Positions 21,406 through 30,030 of a stretch of 35,037 nucleotides of DNA are shown here, one piece after another. Source of the DNA: a virus; IMG/VR virus record IMGVR_UViG_3300022832_000002, positions 1 through 35,037 of that record; one strand, 5' to 3'. Position 1 is the stretch's first letter; each line of letters starts with the position of its first letter. Position numbers and translations under genes: made by a program. The notes below the pieces were generated by a model. The model searched no databases. It was not told where the DNA came from and saw only the letters and a program-made list of their open reading frames with translations.

Positions 21406-23610
21406 ATGGACCCCGAAGATATGATCCCCGAAGAAGTGTTGGACATCCTTGATGACGCTGGCGTGATTGAGGACGAAGAAGATACGACCACAGGCCCACA
21501 GCCGCTTGACGAGAGCGACATCCAAGCGGTGTTCTCTACCGCCGTTGAGGATGCGATTGATTTCATCGAAAGCGATGTCAGCGAGGGCCGTATCAAGGCC
21601 CAGCGATATTTCGACGGTGAGACAGACATCGGCTATGAGGACGGGCGCAGCAAGGTTGTAGCGACCAAGGTGCGCGACATCGTGCGGTCAATCAAGCCAA
21701 GCCTAATGCGGATCTTTCTGTCATCCAGCAAGTTTGTGGAGTTTATCCCGCGCGGGCAAGAGGATGTGCAGTTTGCCGATCAGGCCACGACCTACATTCA
21801 CTGGAAGTTTAACGAAGTTGGCGGGTTCCGCATCCTGTCCGATGTGTTCCACGATGCGCTGATCAAAAAGATGGGCATCGCCAAAGCCTATTATGAGGAA
21901 AAGACCAAGACTAAAATCTACACCTACAGCGGCCTGAACGACATGCAGTTTCAGGCGTTGATGTCTGATCCTGATGTCGAGGTCATTGAACATACGGAAA
22001 CCACAGAAGCCGAAGCGATGGTTGCGCCAGAGATGGCGTTTGGCGCACCGCCTGTCACGTCGCATGATCTAAAGATTTCGCGCACGACATACGCTGGCGA
22101 CATTGTGATAGACAGCATCCCGCCGGAGGAGTTTTTCTTTGACCGGAATGCCCGCACGATTGACGATTGCTATGTCTGCGGCCAGCGGACAGATATGCGC
22201 GTCGGTGATCTGGTGGCGATGGGCTTTGAGTTTGACGACGTGTTCAATCTCAATAGCAGCACCGACAATGACACGATCGTAGAGAGCGAAGAAGAAGCCC
22301 GGCGCGGCTACAGCCTGAACGGCAACGAAGACGAAAACGCCATTGATCCATCCATGAAGAAGGTGATGGTGACTGAGGCGTATATGCGCATCGACGTGGA
22401 CGGCACGGGTATCCCAACGCTGCACCGCGCTATTCTGGGCGGCAATGCCTACAAGGTGCTGTCCGTTGAGCCGTGCGATGAAATCCCGTATGCCATCTTT
22501 GAGATTGACCCAGAACCGCACACGATGCTGGGCCGGTCTATTCCCGATCTGACAATGGACGACCAAGACACGGCAACGTCAATTCTTCGCGGCGTTCTGG
22601 ACAACGTGGCAATGGTCAACAATCCCCGCATCGGTATCGTCAAGGGCAAGGTCGATGTTGATGACGTGCTGAACAATGAGATCGGGGCCGTGATCCGCCA
22701 AGACGCGCCGGGCATGATGGAAGTTTATGCCGTGCCGTTTACCGCAGGCCAGACCCTAAGTGCGCTGCAATACATGGACGGGCTGGTAGAGCAAAAGACA
22801 GGCGTCACACGGGCCAGCATGGGGCTTGACCCAGACTCCATGCAGTCAACGTCCAAGGTGGCTGTCAGCGCCACTATACAAGCAGCTGCGGGCCAGATCG
22901 AGACAATGGCGCGCAACCTTGCCGAGGGCGGTATGCGCCGCCTGTTCGGCCTGATACTGCGACTGACGGTCAAGCACGCTGACGGCGAAACGCTGATGCG
23001 TCTTAACAGCCAGTTTGCACCAGTTGATCCCCGCGTCTGGGATACGTCGATGGATGTGTCTGTGAACGTGGGTCTTGGCACTGGGCGCGAAGAAGAAAAG
23101 TCTGCCGCATACCGCGAAATCCTTGGGATGCAGATGCAGATATTCCAGCAGTACGGGCCGGGCAACGGTGTTGTTTCGCTGACAGGCATCCGCAACACGC
23201 TGGCCGATATGCTGGCATCGTCTGGCATCCGCAATGCAGAGCGCTACTTCAACCCGATGTCGCCAGAGATTGAACAGCAGATGATGATGCAGGCGCAACA
23301 GGCGCAGCAACAGCAGCAGCAAATGACTGATCCCAATCAAGCCTACATGATGGTTGAACAAGCCAAGGCGCAGGCACGTATGCAGACAGACGCCCAGCGC
23401 GCCCAACTTGACGCACAGAAGGCGGTTGCCGACCATGAGCGCAAGATGATGGAGATGTCGGCCAACATGGATCTGGAGCGCGATAAAATGGCGCAGCAGT
23501 TGGCTTTGGATAATGCCGAGTTGCTGGCGAAATACGGATTGAAGGCAAACGAAATGGCCATCAAAGCTGAACAAAACGCCCCGCGTGACCCAATGGGTGT
23601 CCCACGATGA
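21406..23610 (+). CDS. Portal protein
   Basis: AAAGGA SD upstream. 734 aa, immediately upstream of scaffold and capsid. It has a long Gln-rich coiled-coil C-terminal tail (QAQQAQQQQQQ...). Confidence 0.7.
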   Translation: MDPEDMIPEEVLDILDDAGVIEDEEDTTTGPQPLDESDIQAVFSTAVEDAIDFIESDVSEGRIKAQRYFDGETDIGYEDGRSKVVATKVRDIVRSIKPSLMRIFLSSSKFVEFIPRGQEDVQFADQATTYIHWKFNEVGGFRILSDVFHDALIKKMGIAKAYYEEKTKTKIYTYSGLNDMQFQALMSDPDVEVIEHTETTEAEAMVAPEMAFGAPPVTSHDLKISRTTYAGDIVIDSIPPEEFFFDRNARTIDDCYVCGQRTDMRVGDLVAMGFEFDDVFNLNSSTDNDTIVESEEEARRGYSLNGNEDENAIDPSMKKVMVTEAYMRIDVDGTGIPTLHRAILGGNAYKVLSVEPCDEIPYAIFEIDPEPHTMLGRSIPDLTMDDQDTATSILRGVLDNVAMVNNPRIGIVKGKVDVDDVLNNEIGAVIRQDAPGMMEVYAVPFTAGQTLSALQYMDGLVEQKTGVTRASMGLDPDSMQSTSKVAVSATIQAAAGQIETMARNLAEGGMRRLFGLILRLTVKHADGETLMRLNSQFAPVDPRVWDTSMDVSVNVGLGTGREEEKSAAYREILGMQMQIFQQYGPGNGVVSLTGIRNTLADMLASSGIRNAERYFNPMSPEIEQQMMMQAQQAQQQQQQMTDPNQAYMMVEQAKAQARMQTDAQRAQLDAQKAVADHERKMMEMSANMDLERDKMAQQLALDNAELLAKYGLKANEMAIKAEQNAPRDPMGVPR

Positions 23611-23852
23611 GTGCTGAACAGAAGAAACAGCACGCGGAGCGCCTTTTGGCCGATCCTACTTTGCGCGAGGCGCTGGATATGGTAAGAGGGAAAGCAATTG
23701 GGGTATTCAAACACCCCATGTCGTCGCAAGACGAGATTATGGAAGCGCACCGGATGGTCCGGGCGTTAGATGCTTTGGAGACGCAGCTTGTATCGTTCGT
23801 AGTGGACGGCAAGATCTCGGAGCATCGGAATAGGGAGCAGCACCGTGGATAA
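23607..23852 (+). CDS. Hypothetical head-module protein (81 aa)
   Basis: ATGA overlap with the portal stop. Confidence 0.55.
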   Translation: MSAEQKKQHAERLLADPTLREALDMVRGKAIGVFKHPMSSQDEIMEAHRMVRALDALETQLVSFVVDGKISEHRNREQHRG

Positions 23853-24819
23853 CACGACTGCAACGGGCAGCATCGAAGATGTTGCGGACAATCTGATCTT
23901 TGATCAGGAACCTGCCGAGCAGGACGAAGTGATGGAAGCCGACGATCAAGACGATCAGGCGGAAGTTGCGGAAGCCGAGGAAGCAGACGAAACGGTGGAC
24001 GAGGCAGACGAAGCCGATGACACCGACGAGGATGACGACGCAGAGGACGCCGAGGAGACCGACGAGGAGCCAGCGCAATCGCTCTATGCCGTAAAGGTAA
24101 ATGGCGAAGAAAAGCAGGTGACCCTAGACGAGTTACGCCGAGGCTATTCGGGTCAGGAATACATCCAGCAACAGATGCGTCAAGTTGCCGAAGGCCGTAA
24201 GCAGGTCGAAGCAATTTACAATCAGTTGCAGCAGGAAGCACAGCAAGTTGCTACGCTTCGCCAACGACTGGAAACTGACGGCATTCCCGCCCAGCCCAAG
24301 CCACCCGGACGCGATCTTTTTGAGAGAGATCCGATTGGATACATGGAAGCCAAGCTGAAATACGACGACGATGTCGCAGCATGGCAGGGTCAAGTCGGGG
24401 AGTTTGAGGCGGTAAGTAATCGCCAACGACAAATGCAAGAGCAAGCGCAGGCCTATACACTCCAGCAGGAGATGGCCAAGCTGACGCAGGTATTGCCGGA
24501 GATTGCCGATCCCGAAAAGGGTCCGCAGGTTCGCAAGGCGATGATTGACGTTGGTGTCGAATACGGCTTCGCGCCGGATGAGATTGCGCAGGTAGTTGAC
24601 AGTCGGCAGGTTCGGGTTCTGCACGACGCCATGAAATACCGTCAGATGATGGCGGCAAAGGATGGCATCAAACAGAAGGTTGACCGCGCGCGCCCTATGG
24701 TAAAACCGGGCGTTAAGCAGCCAACCAGTTCGGGCAAGGTGAAGCAACGCAAGGTCGCTGAAGGCCGAATGCGATCCACGGGTAGCGTCGATGACGTTGC
24801 TAAGTTTCTCTTGTCTTAA
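23845..24819 (+). CDS. Scaffolding protein
   Basis: GTG start overlaps the upstream stop. It has an extremely acidic N-terminal third (EADETVDEADEADDTDEDDDAEDAEETDEE) and a coiled-coil remainder. It lies directly upstream of the capsid gene. Confidence 0.7.
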   Translation: MDNTTATGSIEDVADNLIFDQEPAEQDEVMEADDQDDQAEVAEAEEADETVDEADEADDTDEDDDAEDAEETDEEPAQSLYAVKVNGEEKQVTLDELRRGYSGQEYIQQQMRQVAEGRKQVEAIYNQLQQEAQQVATLRQRLETDGIPAQPKPPGRDLFERDPIGYMEAKLKYDDDVAAWQGQVGEFEAVSNRQRQMQEQAQAYTLQQEMAKLTQVLPEIADPEKGPQVRKAMIDVGVEYGFAPDEIAQVVDSRQVRVLHDAMKYRQMMAAKDGIKQKVDRARPMVKPGVKQPTSSGKVKQRKVAEGRMRSTGSVDDVAKFLLS

Positions 24820-24834
24820 TATAGGAGCCTCGAA

Positions 24835-25818
24835 ATGGCTGTGAATGCAAACACCAACAAGACCTACGATGTCAAAACCATCCGTGAGGACTTGCAAGAT
24901 GCGATGATCTCGATCTCGCCAACCGAAACCCCGTTCCAGAGCGCCATTGGCCGCAAGACTGCAACGAACACTTACTTTGAGTGGTCGGAAGTCGATCTGG
25001 CAGCACCAGCCGCAAACCGCGTGCTGGAAGGTGAAGCAGCACCCGGCAACGATGCGCCGACCAACGCTGTCCGTCTGGCAAACTACACGCAGATTTCTGA
25101 CAAGGTTGTCGAAGTTTCCGACACCAACCAGAAAGTCAACGGCGTGGCTGATGCCCAGACTGTTGCAAAACAAATCGCCTACAAGCTGAAAGAGCTGAAG
25201 CGCGATATGGAAGTCATGCTGCTGTCCAACGTAGCCGCCGTTCCTGGCGATGCGACGACAGCCCGGCAGACTGCTGGTCTGCCTGCGTTCCTGCGCACCA
25301 ACGTGGATCGCGGCACTAGCGGTGCGAACCCAACGCTGTCCGGCACCACCGCTGGCTATCCCAACGCGGCTGCAACTGACGGCACACCCCGCGCCCTGAC
25401 CGAAGCCATGCTGAAGTCGGTCATCGCCCAGTGCTGGGACAACGGCGCAGAGCCTTCCATCGTTCTGTGTGGTTCGGCTGTGAAGCAGAAGATTTCTGCA
25501 ACTTTCACCGGTTCGGCAACCAAGTTTAAGAACGTCGATGACATGAAAATCGTCGCCGCTGTTGACCTTTACGTTTCCGACTTCGGCGAATTGCAGATCG
25601 TTCCAACACGTTTCTTGGAAACACGCACCGTTGCTGGCCGCGATGTGTTCGTTCTTGATCCAAACTACGCACGGGTTGCATACTTGCAGACCGTCACGCA
25701 GAAGCCACTGGCCCGCACAGGCCACGCCGAGCGTCGTTTGATCTCGACCGAGTATGGGCTTCAGGTTGATTCCCAGAAGGCACATGGTATAATTAGTGAC
25801 ATTAATGGCGCGCTGTAA
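24835..25818 (+). CDS. Major capsid protein (HK97-fold, DUF5309/SU10-like by recollection)
   Basis: AGGAG SD upstream. 327 aa, after the scaffold gene and followed by a strong hairpin. The N-terminal pattern REDLQDAMISISPTETPF is typical of this capsid family. Confidence 0.8.
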   Translation: MAVNANTNKTYDVKTIREDLQDAMISISPTETPFQSAIGRKTATNTYFEWSEVDLAAPAANRVLEGEAAPGNDAPTNAVRLANYTQISDKVVEVSDTNQKVNGVADAQTVAKQIAYKLKELKRDMEVMLLSNVAAVPGDATTARQTAGLPAFLRTNVDRGTSGANPTLSGTTAGYPNAAATDGTPRALTEAMLKSVIAQCWDNGAEPSIVLCGSAVKQKISATFTGSATKFKNVDDMKIVAAVDLYVSDFGELQIVPTRFLETRTVAGRDVFVLDPNYARVAYLQTVTQKPLARTGHAERRLISTEYGLQVDSQKAHGIISDINGAL

Positions 25819-25833
25819 CGGCACGCTGTAATC

Positions 25834-25867
25834 TGTGAGGGGGCTGGGCAACTAGCCCCCCATCACA
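25834..25867 (+). terminator. Stem-loop after the capsid gene, either a partial terminator or an mRNA stabiliser
   Basis: tgtgaGGGGGCT-gggcaact-AGCCCCC(ca)tcaca gives a 12-bp stem with a 2-nt bulge. No U-tract follows. Confidence 0.45.
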
Positions 25868-25888
25868 TTGCAGCGGAAAGGAGCCTAA

Positions 25889-26056
25889 ATGAAAATCCGT
25901 ATTACAACAGATCGCAAGCCGTGGCTAAACGGTAGCCCGCTTGAAGTCGGCACCGAAGTTGATGCAACCGATGCAGATGCGCGCACGCTGATTGATCTTG
26001 GCTTTGCTGAGGAAATCAAGGTTGCACGCAAGGGCAAGGGCAACGCCGATGTATGA
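25889..26056 (+). CDS. Small head-associated protein candidate (55 aa)
   Basis: GGAAAGGAG SD lies 5 nt upstream of the ATG. It begins MKIRITTDRKPWLNGSPLEVGTEVD. Too short for the ORF track. Confidence 0.55.
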   Translation: MKIRITTDRKPWLNGSPLEVGTEVDATDADARTLIDLGFAEEIKVARKGKGNADV

Positions 26057-26333
26057 TGTCCGCGAAAAGATGATCGAAGAAGACGGCAAGCTGCACATCA
26101 CCCGTTCGCAGGATGTCAAATATCTAATCGACGAGAACAAGGCGCTGGCCGACATTGCGCCGTCTATGCACGGTGACGCCAAGTTTCGCCTTGCTGGTCG
26201 CATCCCGTTCGTCATTGCCGAGCAGTGGTCTGCCGAGTGCGGTGCGGGTATTGGGACAAAAGAGTTTGCCCTTTATTGCAAAAAGAAAATGATGGATGGC
26301 GATTTCGCAGCGTTCCGGGTCAAGGGGTTCTGA
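26049..26333 (+). CDS. Hypothetical protein (94 aa)
   Basis: ATG at 26049 overlaps the upstream stop by 8 nt. Confidence 0.55.
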   Translation: MYDVREKMIEEDGKLHITRSQDVKYLIDENKALADIAPSMHGDAKFRLAGRIPFVIAEQWSAECGAGIGTKEFALYCKKKMMDGDFAAFRVKGF

Positions 26334-26334
26334 C

Positions 26335-26490
26335 ATGGCTGATGAACCAAACACGCCAGACCATCGCTGGTATGAGCGCCGCAATAACATTTCACTGCCG
26401 AAAGAAGATTTCAGCCGCGATGTAATCTTTGACAGCGGCATTCAAAAGATTGATGCGTGGATTGCATTGCAGCCTTGGGGGACGTCATGA
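26335..26490 (+). CDS. Hypothetical protein (51 aa)
   Basis: ATG lies 1 nt after the upstream stop. ATGA overlap leads into the holin candidate. Confidence 0.45.
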   Translation: MADEPNTPDHRWYERRNNISLPKEDFSRDVIFDSGIQKIDAWIALQPWGTS

Positions 26491-26744
26491 ACGAAGCACT
26501 GCCATTCATTGACGCAGCAATGAAGTATCTAATTGTCCCAGCGGTTATTTGGGTTTGGATTCTGCACAAGCAACAAGGCATCCATTCAACGGATATTGCG
26601 GTTTTGCGCGCAGAGGCTAACGCACGCGACCAAGCCCGGCGCGAAGAACGCGAGGCGACTGCCGCCCAGCTTGAACAGATCATAGGCATGTTACAGACGC
26701 TCAACGGGCGCATTGACACAATGATGTCGGGAAACAGCAAATGA
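26487..26744 (+). CDS. Holin candidate (85 aa, single TM)
   Basis: TM segment YLIVPAVIWVWIL followed by a charged coiled tail. It lies immediately upstream of, and overlaps, the endolysin gene. Confidence 0.5.
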   Translation: MNEALPFIDAAMKYLIVPAVIWVWILHKQQGIHSTDIAVLRAEANARDQARREEREATAAQLEQIIGMLQTLNGRIDTMMSGNSK

Positions 26745-27358
26745 GGCGCACATTCGCACACTATAGCAAGGTTCCGCCCGCCGAATGGCCCTGGCATCAT
26801 TTCAGCCCGCGCGAGATCGCTTGCAAAGGCACCGGCAAGCTGACAATAGACACCGAGGCAATGGATATGCTGCAACGCCTTCGCAGCAACCTTGGCAAGC
26901 CGTTGATCCTGACATCTGCATATCGGTCGCCAGAGCATAACCGCAAGGTCGGTGGGGCCAAGGCATCTAAGCACATGGAAGGCATCGCGTTTGATGTCCG
27001 CATGGACAACCACGATCCGCACACGTTCGAAGCCGCTGCCCGCGCGCTGGGCTTTACAGGTTTCGGATATTATCCCAAGTCGGGCTTTATGCACATCGAC
27101 ACGGCAGAGCCACGCTCGTGGGGGACGCCTTGGCCGCTATCGCCTACATCGTGGCCCACAGAGCCGCCCCGACAGCCTGAGAAGCTATCAGAGGACAAGG
27201 ACGCCCAAGCAGCCGCTGGTGCCGGTGTAGCGGGCGCTGTGGCCGTTGCCGCTGACTATCTGCCTGTCTTGGGTCAGTTGGCCCCCACGGCGCAGCTTGT
27301 AGCCGTTGTCGTGGCCGCTGCGTTCATTGGCTACATGCTTTGGCGTCGGACGCGTTGA
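26741..27358 (+). CDS. Endolysin, a peptidase M15A-type (zinc D-Ala-D-Ala carboxypeptidase fold) with a C-terminal hydrophobic anchor
   Basis: LTSAYRSPEHNRKVGGAKASKHMEGIAFDV ... GFMHID matches the M15 H-x6-D ... H motif. The C-terminus is LVAVVVAAAFIGYMLWRRTR. Confidence 0.8.
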   Translation: MRRTFAHYSKVPPAEWPWHHFSPREIACKGTGKLTIDTEAMDMLQRLRSNLGKPLILTSAYRSPEHNRKVGGAKASKHMEGIAFDVRMDNHDPHTFEAAARALGFTGFGYYPKSGFMHIDTAEPRSWGTPWPLSPTSWPTEPPRQPEKLSEDKDAQAAAGAGVAGAVAVAADYLPVLGQLAPTAQLVAVVVAAAFIGYMLWRRTR

Positions 27359-27583
27359 ATGTTTCTGCGCATAAAACTTTGGCTTGCCGCGGCTGGTGCG
27401 CTTTTGATCGCTTTCGCCGCAACATACTGGCGCGGAAGGTCCAGCGTGGCCGCAGCCGCAAAACGTAGGGAACTAGAAAGCTATGTTGGAACCCGTGAAC
27501 GCATGGACAAAGCCGATGTGCCTGACAGCCCTGACGCTGTTCGTGACTGGCTGCGCGACCGTGCAAAGCAACGCGATCTGTGA
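27359..27583 (+). CDS. i-spanin candidate
   Basis: N-terminal TM LWLAAAGALLIAFAA followed by a charged periplasmic helix. It directly follows the endolysin. Confidence 0.6.
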   Translation: MFLRIKLWLAAAGALLIAFAATYWRGRSSVAAAAKRRELESYVGTRERMDKADVPDSPDAVRDWLRDRAKQRDL

Positions 27584-27707
27584 CGGATCGTCTGCCGCCA
27601 GAGACGCCCACACAACGGCGCTTATCGCTGATGGTGGGGATTTATCGGTGGTGACTGGTGCGCGCCTGTTGGCCATGCTGGACGCGGCCTGCACCGAAAG
27701 GGGCTAG
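27516..27707 (+). CDS. o-spanin candidate (lipoprotein), partly overlapping the i-spanin gene in another frame
   Basis: Signal plus lipobox MCLTALTLFVTG|C. Overlapped Rz/Rz1-like arrangement. Confidence 0.6.
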   Translation: MCLTALTLFVTGCATVQSNAICDGSSAARDAHTTALIADGGDLSVVTGARLLAMLDAACTERG

Positions 27708-27709
27708 AA

Positions 27710-28930
27710 ATGCCAACACCACCTATTGACCCAACTCTGTTGCAGGAGGCGATTGACCTTTGGCGTGAGCATGGTAAATCCGTTCGCAAGGCCGCTGACG
27801 CTTCTGGGCTGAATTATTACACCTACGCATCGCGGCTGGAAAAAGCAAAAAAGCTGGGGATGCATCTGGACCCAGCGGTTCGTGACAGCATGAGCGCGGT
27901 CAACACGGGAATGGTTCCTGCGTTAATCTGGGCGAAAACAAAATCAGAAGACGGCACAAGTTATTCAACGCTGCTGAAACCAGAGCAGGACACTGAGAGC
28001 CTTATAGACGCGCTACGGGACGGCTTGGCCGATCTTGAGCCGGGACAGTATGCAAATTGCGCTGACCCGCTTCATGCGGCCTCTGGTGGGCTGCTGGTGC
28101 TGGATCTGGCTGACGTTCACATTGGCAAGCTGACGGTGCAATCAGAGACGGGGTATGAATACAGCAGGCAAGCTGCCGTTGACCGCATGTTGCGTGGCAC
28201 GCAGGCGCTTTTGAACAAAGCACGCGGGCATGGTGTCGCGCGGGTTTTGTTTGTTCTTGGCAATGATATCCTGCACGTTGACAACACAAAGCGCCAAACA
28301 ACAAGTGGCACCCCACAAGACACCCACGGCAGCATCCATGAAATGTATAGGGATGCGCAAGCGGCTTACATCGCAGCCATTGAAACCTGCGCGGCTGAAT
28401 ACGTTGTGGATTTGATTTATTGCCCGTCTAATCACGATTGGTTGATGGGCTGGGCGCTGGCAAACAGCATTGGCACATGGTTCCGCAACCATCCAAACGT
28501 CCAGAGCAATGAATACAGCCTGTCTGAAATGCATCGCAAGTATTACCGATATGAGAACAATTTGATTGGCCTGACCCACGGCGACGGCGCAAAAGAAGCT
28601 GACTTGTATCCGCTGATGATGACCGAAGCGCGTAGTCATGTATCGGACGCGCAACACCGTTATTGGTATTTGCACCATTTCCATCACAAGATCCGGAAAG
28701 CCCAAGGCGTTAGGCCGCATGACCGCGAAAAGGATCACATCGGCCTGACCGTCATTAAGTCTGGCGTTGCGGCGCAAATGGGTGACAACGTGCAGATTGA
28801 ATATATCCGCAGCCCGTCACCGCCTGACTCTTGGCATGACCGCAATGGCTATGTTAACAGACAGGCCGTTGAATGCTTTATCCACGATCCACATGAAGGG
28901 CAAAACGCCCGATTTACGCACTGGTTTTAA
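27710..28930 (+). CDS. Calcineurin-like metallophosphoesterase with an N-terminal HTH-like region
   Basis: Ordered motifs LDLADVHIG, VLGNDILH, CPSNHDW, GLTHGDG and LHHFHH resemble the Mre11/SbcD-type phosphoesterase motifs I-VI. Confidence 0.55.
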   Translation: MPTPPIDPTLLQEAIDLWREHGKSVRKAADASGLNYYTYASRLEKAKKLGMHLDPAVRDSMSAVNTGMVPALIWAKTKSEDGTSYSTLLKPEQDTESLIDALRDGLADLEPGQYANCADPLHAASGGLLVLDLADVHIGKLTVQSETGYEYSRQAAVDRMLRGTQALLNKARGHGVARVLFVLGNDILHVDNTKRQTTSGTPQDTHGSIHEMYRDAQAAYIAAIETCAAEYVVDLIYCPSNHDWLMGWALANSIGTWFRNHPNVQSNEYSLSEMHRKYYRYENNLIGLTHGDGAKEADLYPLMMTEARSHVSDAQHRYWYLHHFHHKIRKAQGVRPHDREKDHIGLTVIKSGVAAQMGDNVQIEYIRSPSPPDSWHDRNGYVNRQAVECFIHDPHEGQNARFTHWF

Positions 28931-28931
28931 G

Positions 28932-29498
28932 ATGGTCATTTCACAGCACGACATTGACGCCATGTCTGGGCCGCACCTTGTCGGCATCACGGGCCGCGCC
29001 GGGTCTGGCAAATCTGCTGCATCTGATGCGCTGGTTGAGGCTGGCTGGGTGCGCATGAAGTTTGCATCGCCGTTGAAGGACATGCTGCGCGCCATTGGGC
29101 TGACCGATCAGCACATTGAAGGCGATCTCAAGGAAGTGCCATGCGATCTTCTATGCGGGCAAACCCCGCGTCACGCGATGATTACGCTGGGGACCGAGTG
29201 GGGCCGCGAAATGATTGGTGGCAATTTCTGGATGAATATTGCCGCCAACAGAATTGCAACCGCGATGGCCGCTGGAATAAACGTGGTTGTTGATGATGTG
29301 CGCTTTGACAATGAGGCCGATCTGATCAGGCGTCTGGGCGGCGTTGTGTTGGGCTTAGAGCGCGACAACGTGCTGGCCATTGACCACAAGTCAGAAGCGG
29401 GCGTCACGGCAGACATGATCTATCGAAACGACGGTTCTGCCGCTGAATTACGCGGATACATGATTTCTGTTTTTGCGCAGCTTGGTGAGTGGGAATGA
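28932..29498 (+). CDS. Deoxynucleoside monophosphate kinase-like P-loop protein
   Basis: P-loop GITGRAGSGKSAAS plus VVVDDVRFDNEADLIR, typical of phage dNMP kinases. Confidence 0.65.
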   Translation: MVISQHDIDAMSGPHLVGITGRAGSGKSAASDALVEAGWVRMKFASPLKDMLRAIGLTDQHIEGDLKEVPCDLLCGQTPRHAMITLGTEWGREMIGGNFWMNIAANRIATAMAAGINVVVDDVRFDNEADLIRRLGGVVLGLERDNVLAIDHKSEAGVTADMIYRNDGSAAELRGYMISVFAQLGEWE

Positions 29499-29521
29499 CG
29501 GCTTAGTTGTCGTCTGACAAC

Positions 29522-29857
29522 CTATCTGAGCATCTCAGCGACTAAGGGCAGGAACCCGTGATCGGGGCCGTGCTTGGCAACCCATGACGCCTTGCCATTG
29601 TGGATCGCTTCGGGGCCGTCTTGGTGATGCGCTTTGCATAGTGGAATGGTATCAAAGTCGCTGGCCCTGCTGGTGCCGTATCGGTCGCAGATCACATGAT
29701 GGACATCTGACGGGCCGGGCTTGCCACATATAACGCATGGAAGCTGCTTGACGCGGGCCATGTGCGCCCGCGCCTTTGCTGTGCCGCGTTCCGGCTTTGG
29801 TTGCTTTAAGCCAAGAGGACCGCGACCGGTGAGGTTCAAAGCAACCACCTTTCCCAT
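29522..29857 (-). CDS. HNH-type nuclease of the Ref/DUF968-like family
   Basis: RVKQLPCVICGKPGPSDVHHV...R.SD..IPLCKAHH gives a Cys/His HNH pattern. It is the last gene of the leftward operon. Confidence 0.65.
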   Translation of the reverse strand: MGKVVALNLTGRGPLGLKQPKPERGTAKARAHMARVKQLPCVICGKPGPSDVHHVICDRYGTSRASDFDTIPLCKAHHQDGPEAIHNGKASWVAKHGPDHGFLPLVAEMLR

Positions 29858-30030
29858 TTATGGCAGGCCGTGTTCACCTGCTTTGCCAGATCGTATAGAT
29901 CCGTTACCCGCGCCTTGCTCTTTTTGGCGCGGTAGATGGCGGCTGCGATGCGATCCTTTTCCTCGTATAGCGCAGACAGCTTGTTGCGGGCAATCGGGGC
30001 CATGATGGGTTTCAATATCCAGCGCATCAC
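29836..30030 (-). CDS. Hypothetical protein (64 aa)
   Basis: ATGA overlap with the upstream DUF2312 gene. Confidence 0.5.
   Translation of the reverse strand: MMRWILKPIMAPIARNKLSALYEEKDRIAAAIYRAKKSKARVTDLYDLAKQVNTACHKWERWLL

Noticed and set aside
24133-25851. A 572-aa ORF on the minus strand, the second-longest in the track
   Set aside because: It lies exactly antisense to the scaffold and major capsid genes, which have strong SDs, coupling and recognisable products. It has no SD and an Arg/Leu/Cys/Gly-skewed composition typical of frame shadows in GC-rich DNA. No neighbouring minus-strand genes exist.
29506-29521. GTTGTC-gtct-GACAAC hairpin between the convergent operons as a bidirectional terminator
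   Set aside because: It has only a 6-bp stem and no U/A tracts, and it overlaps the stop region of the minus-strand gene. It is too weak to call, although termination must occur somewhere in this 23-bp gap.
29522-29857. The Ref-like HNH as the terminase-associated HNH needed for cos cleavage
   Set aside because: It is encoded on the opposite strand in the early recombination operon, about 12 kb from terS/terL around the circle. Its Cys/His pattern is that of Ref/DUF968-type proteins.
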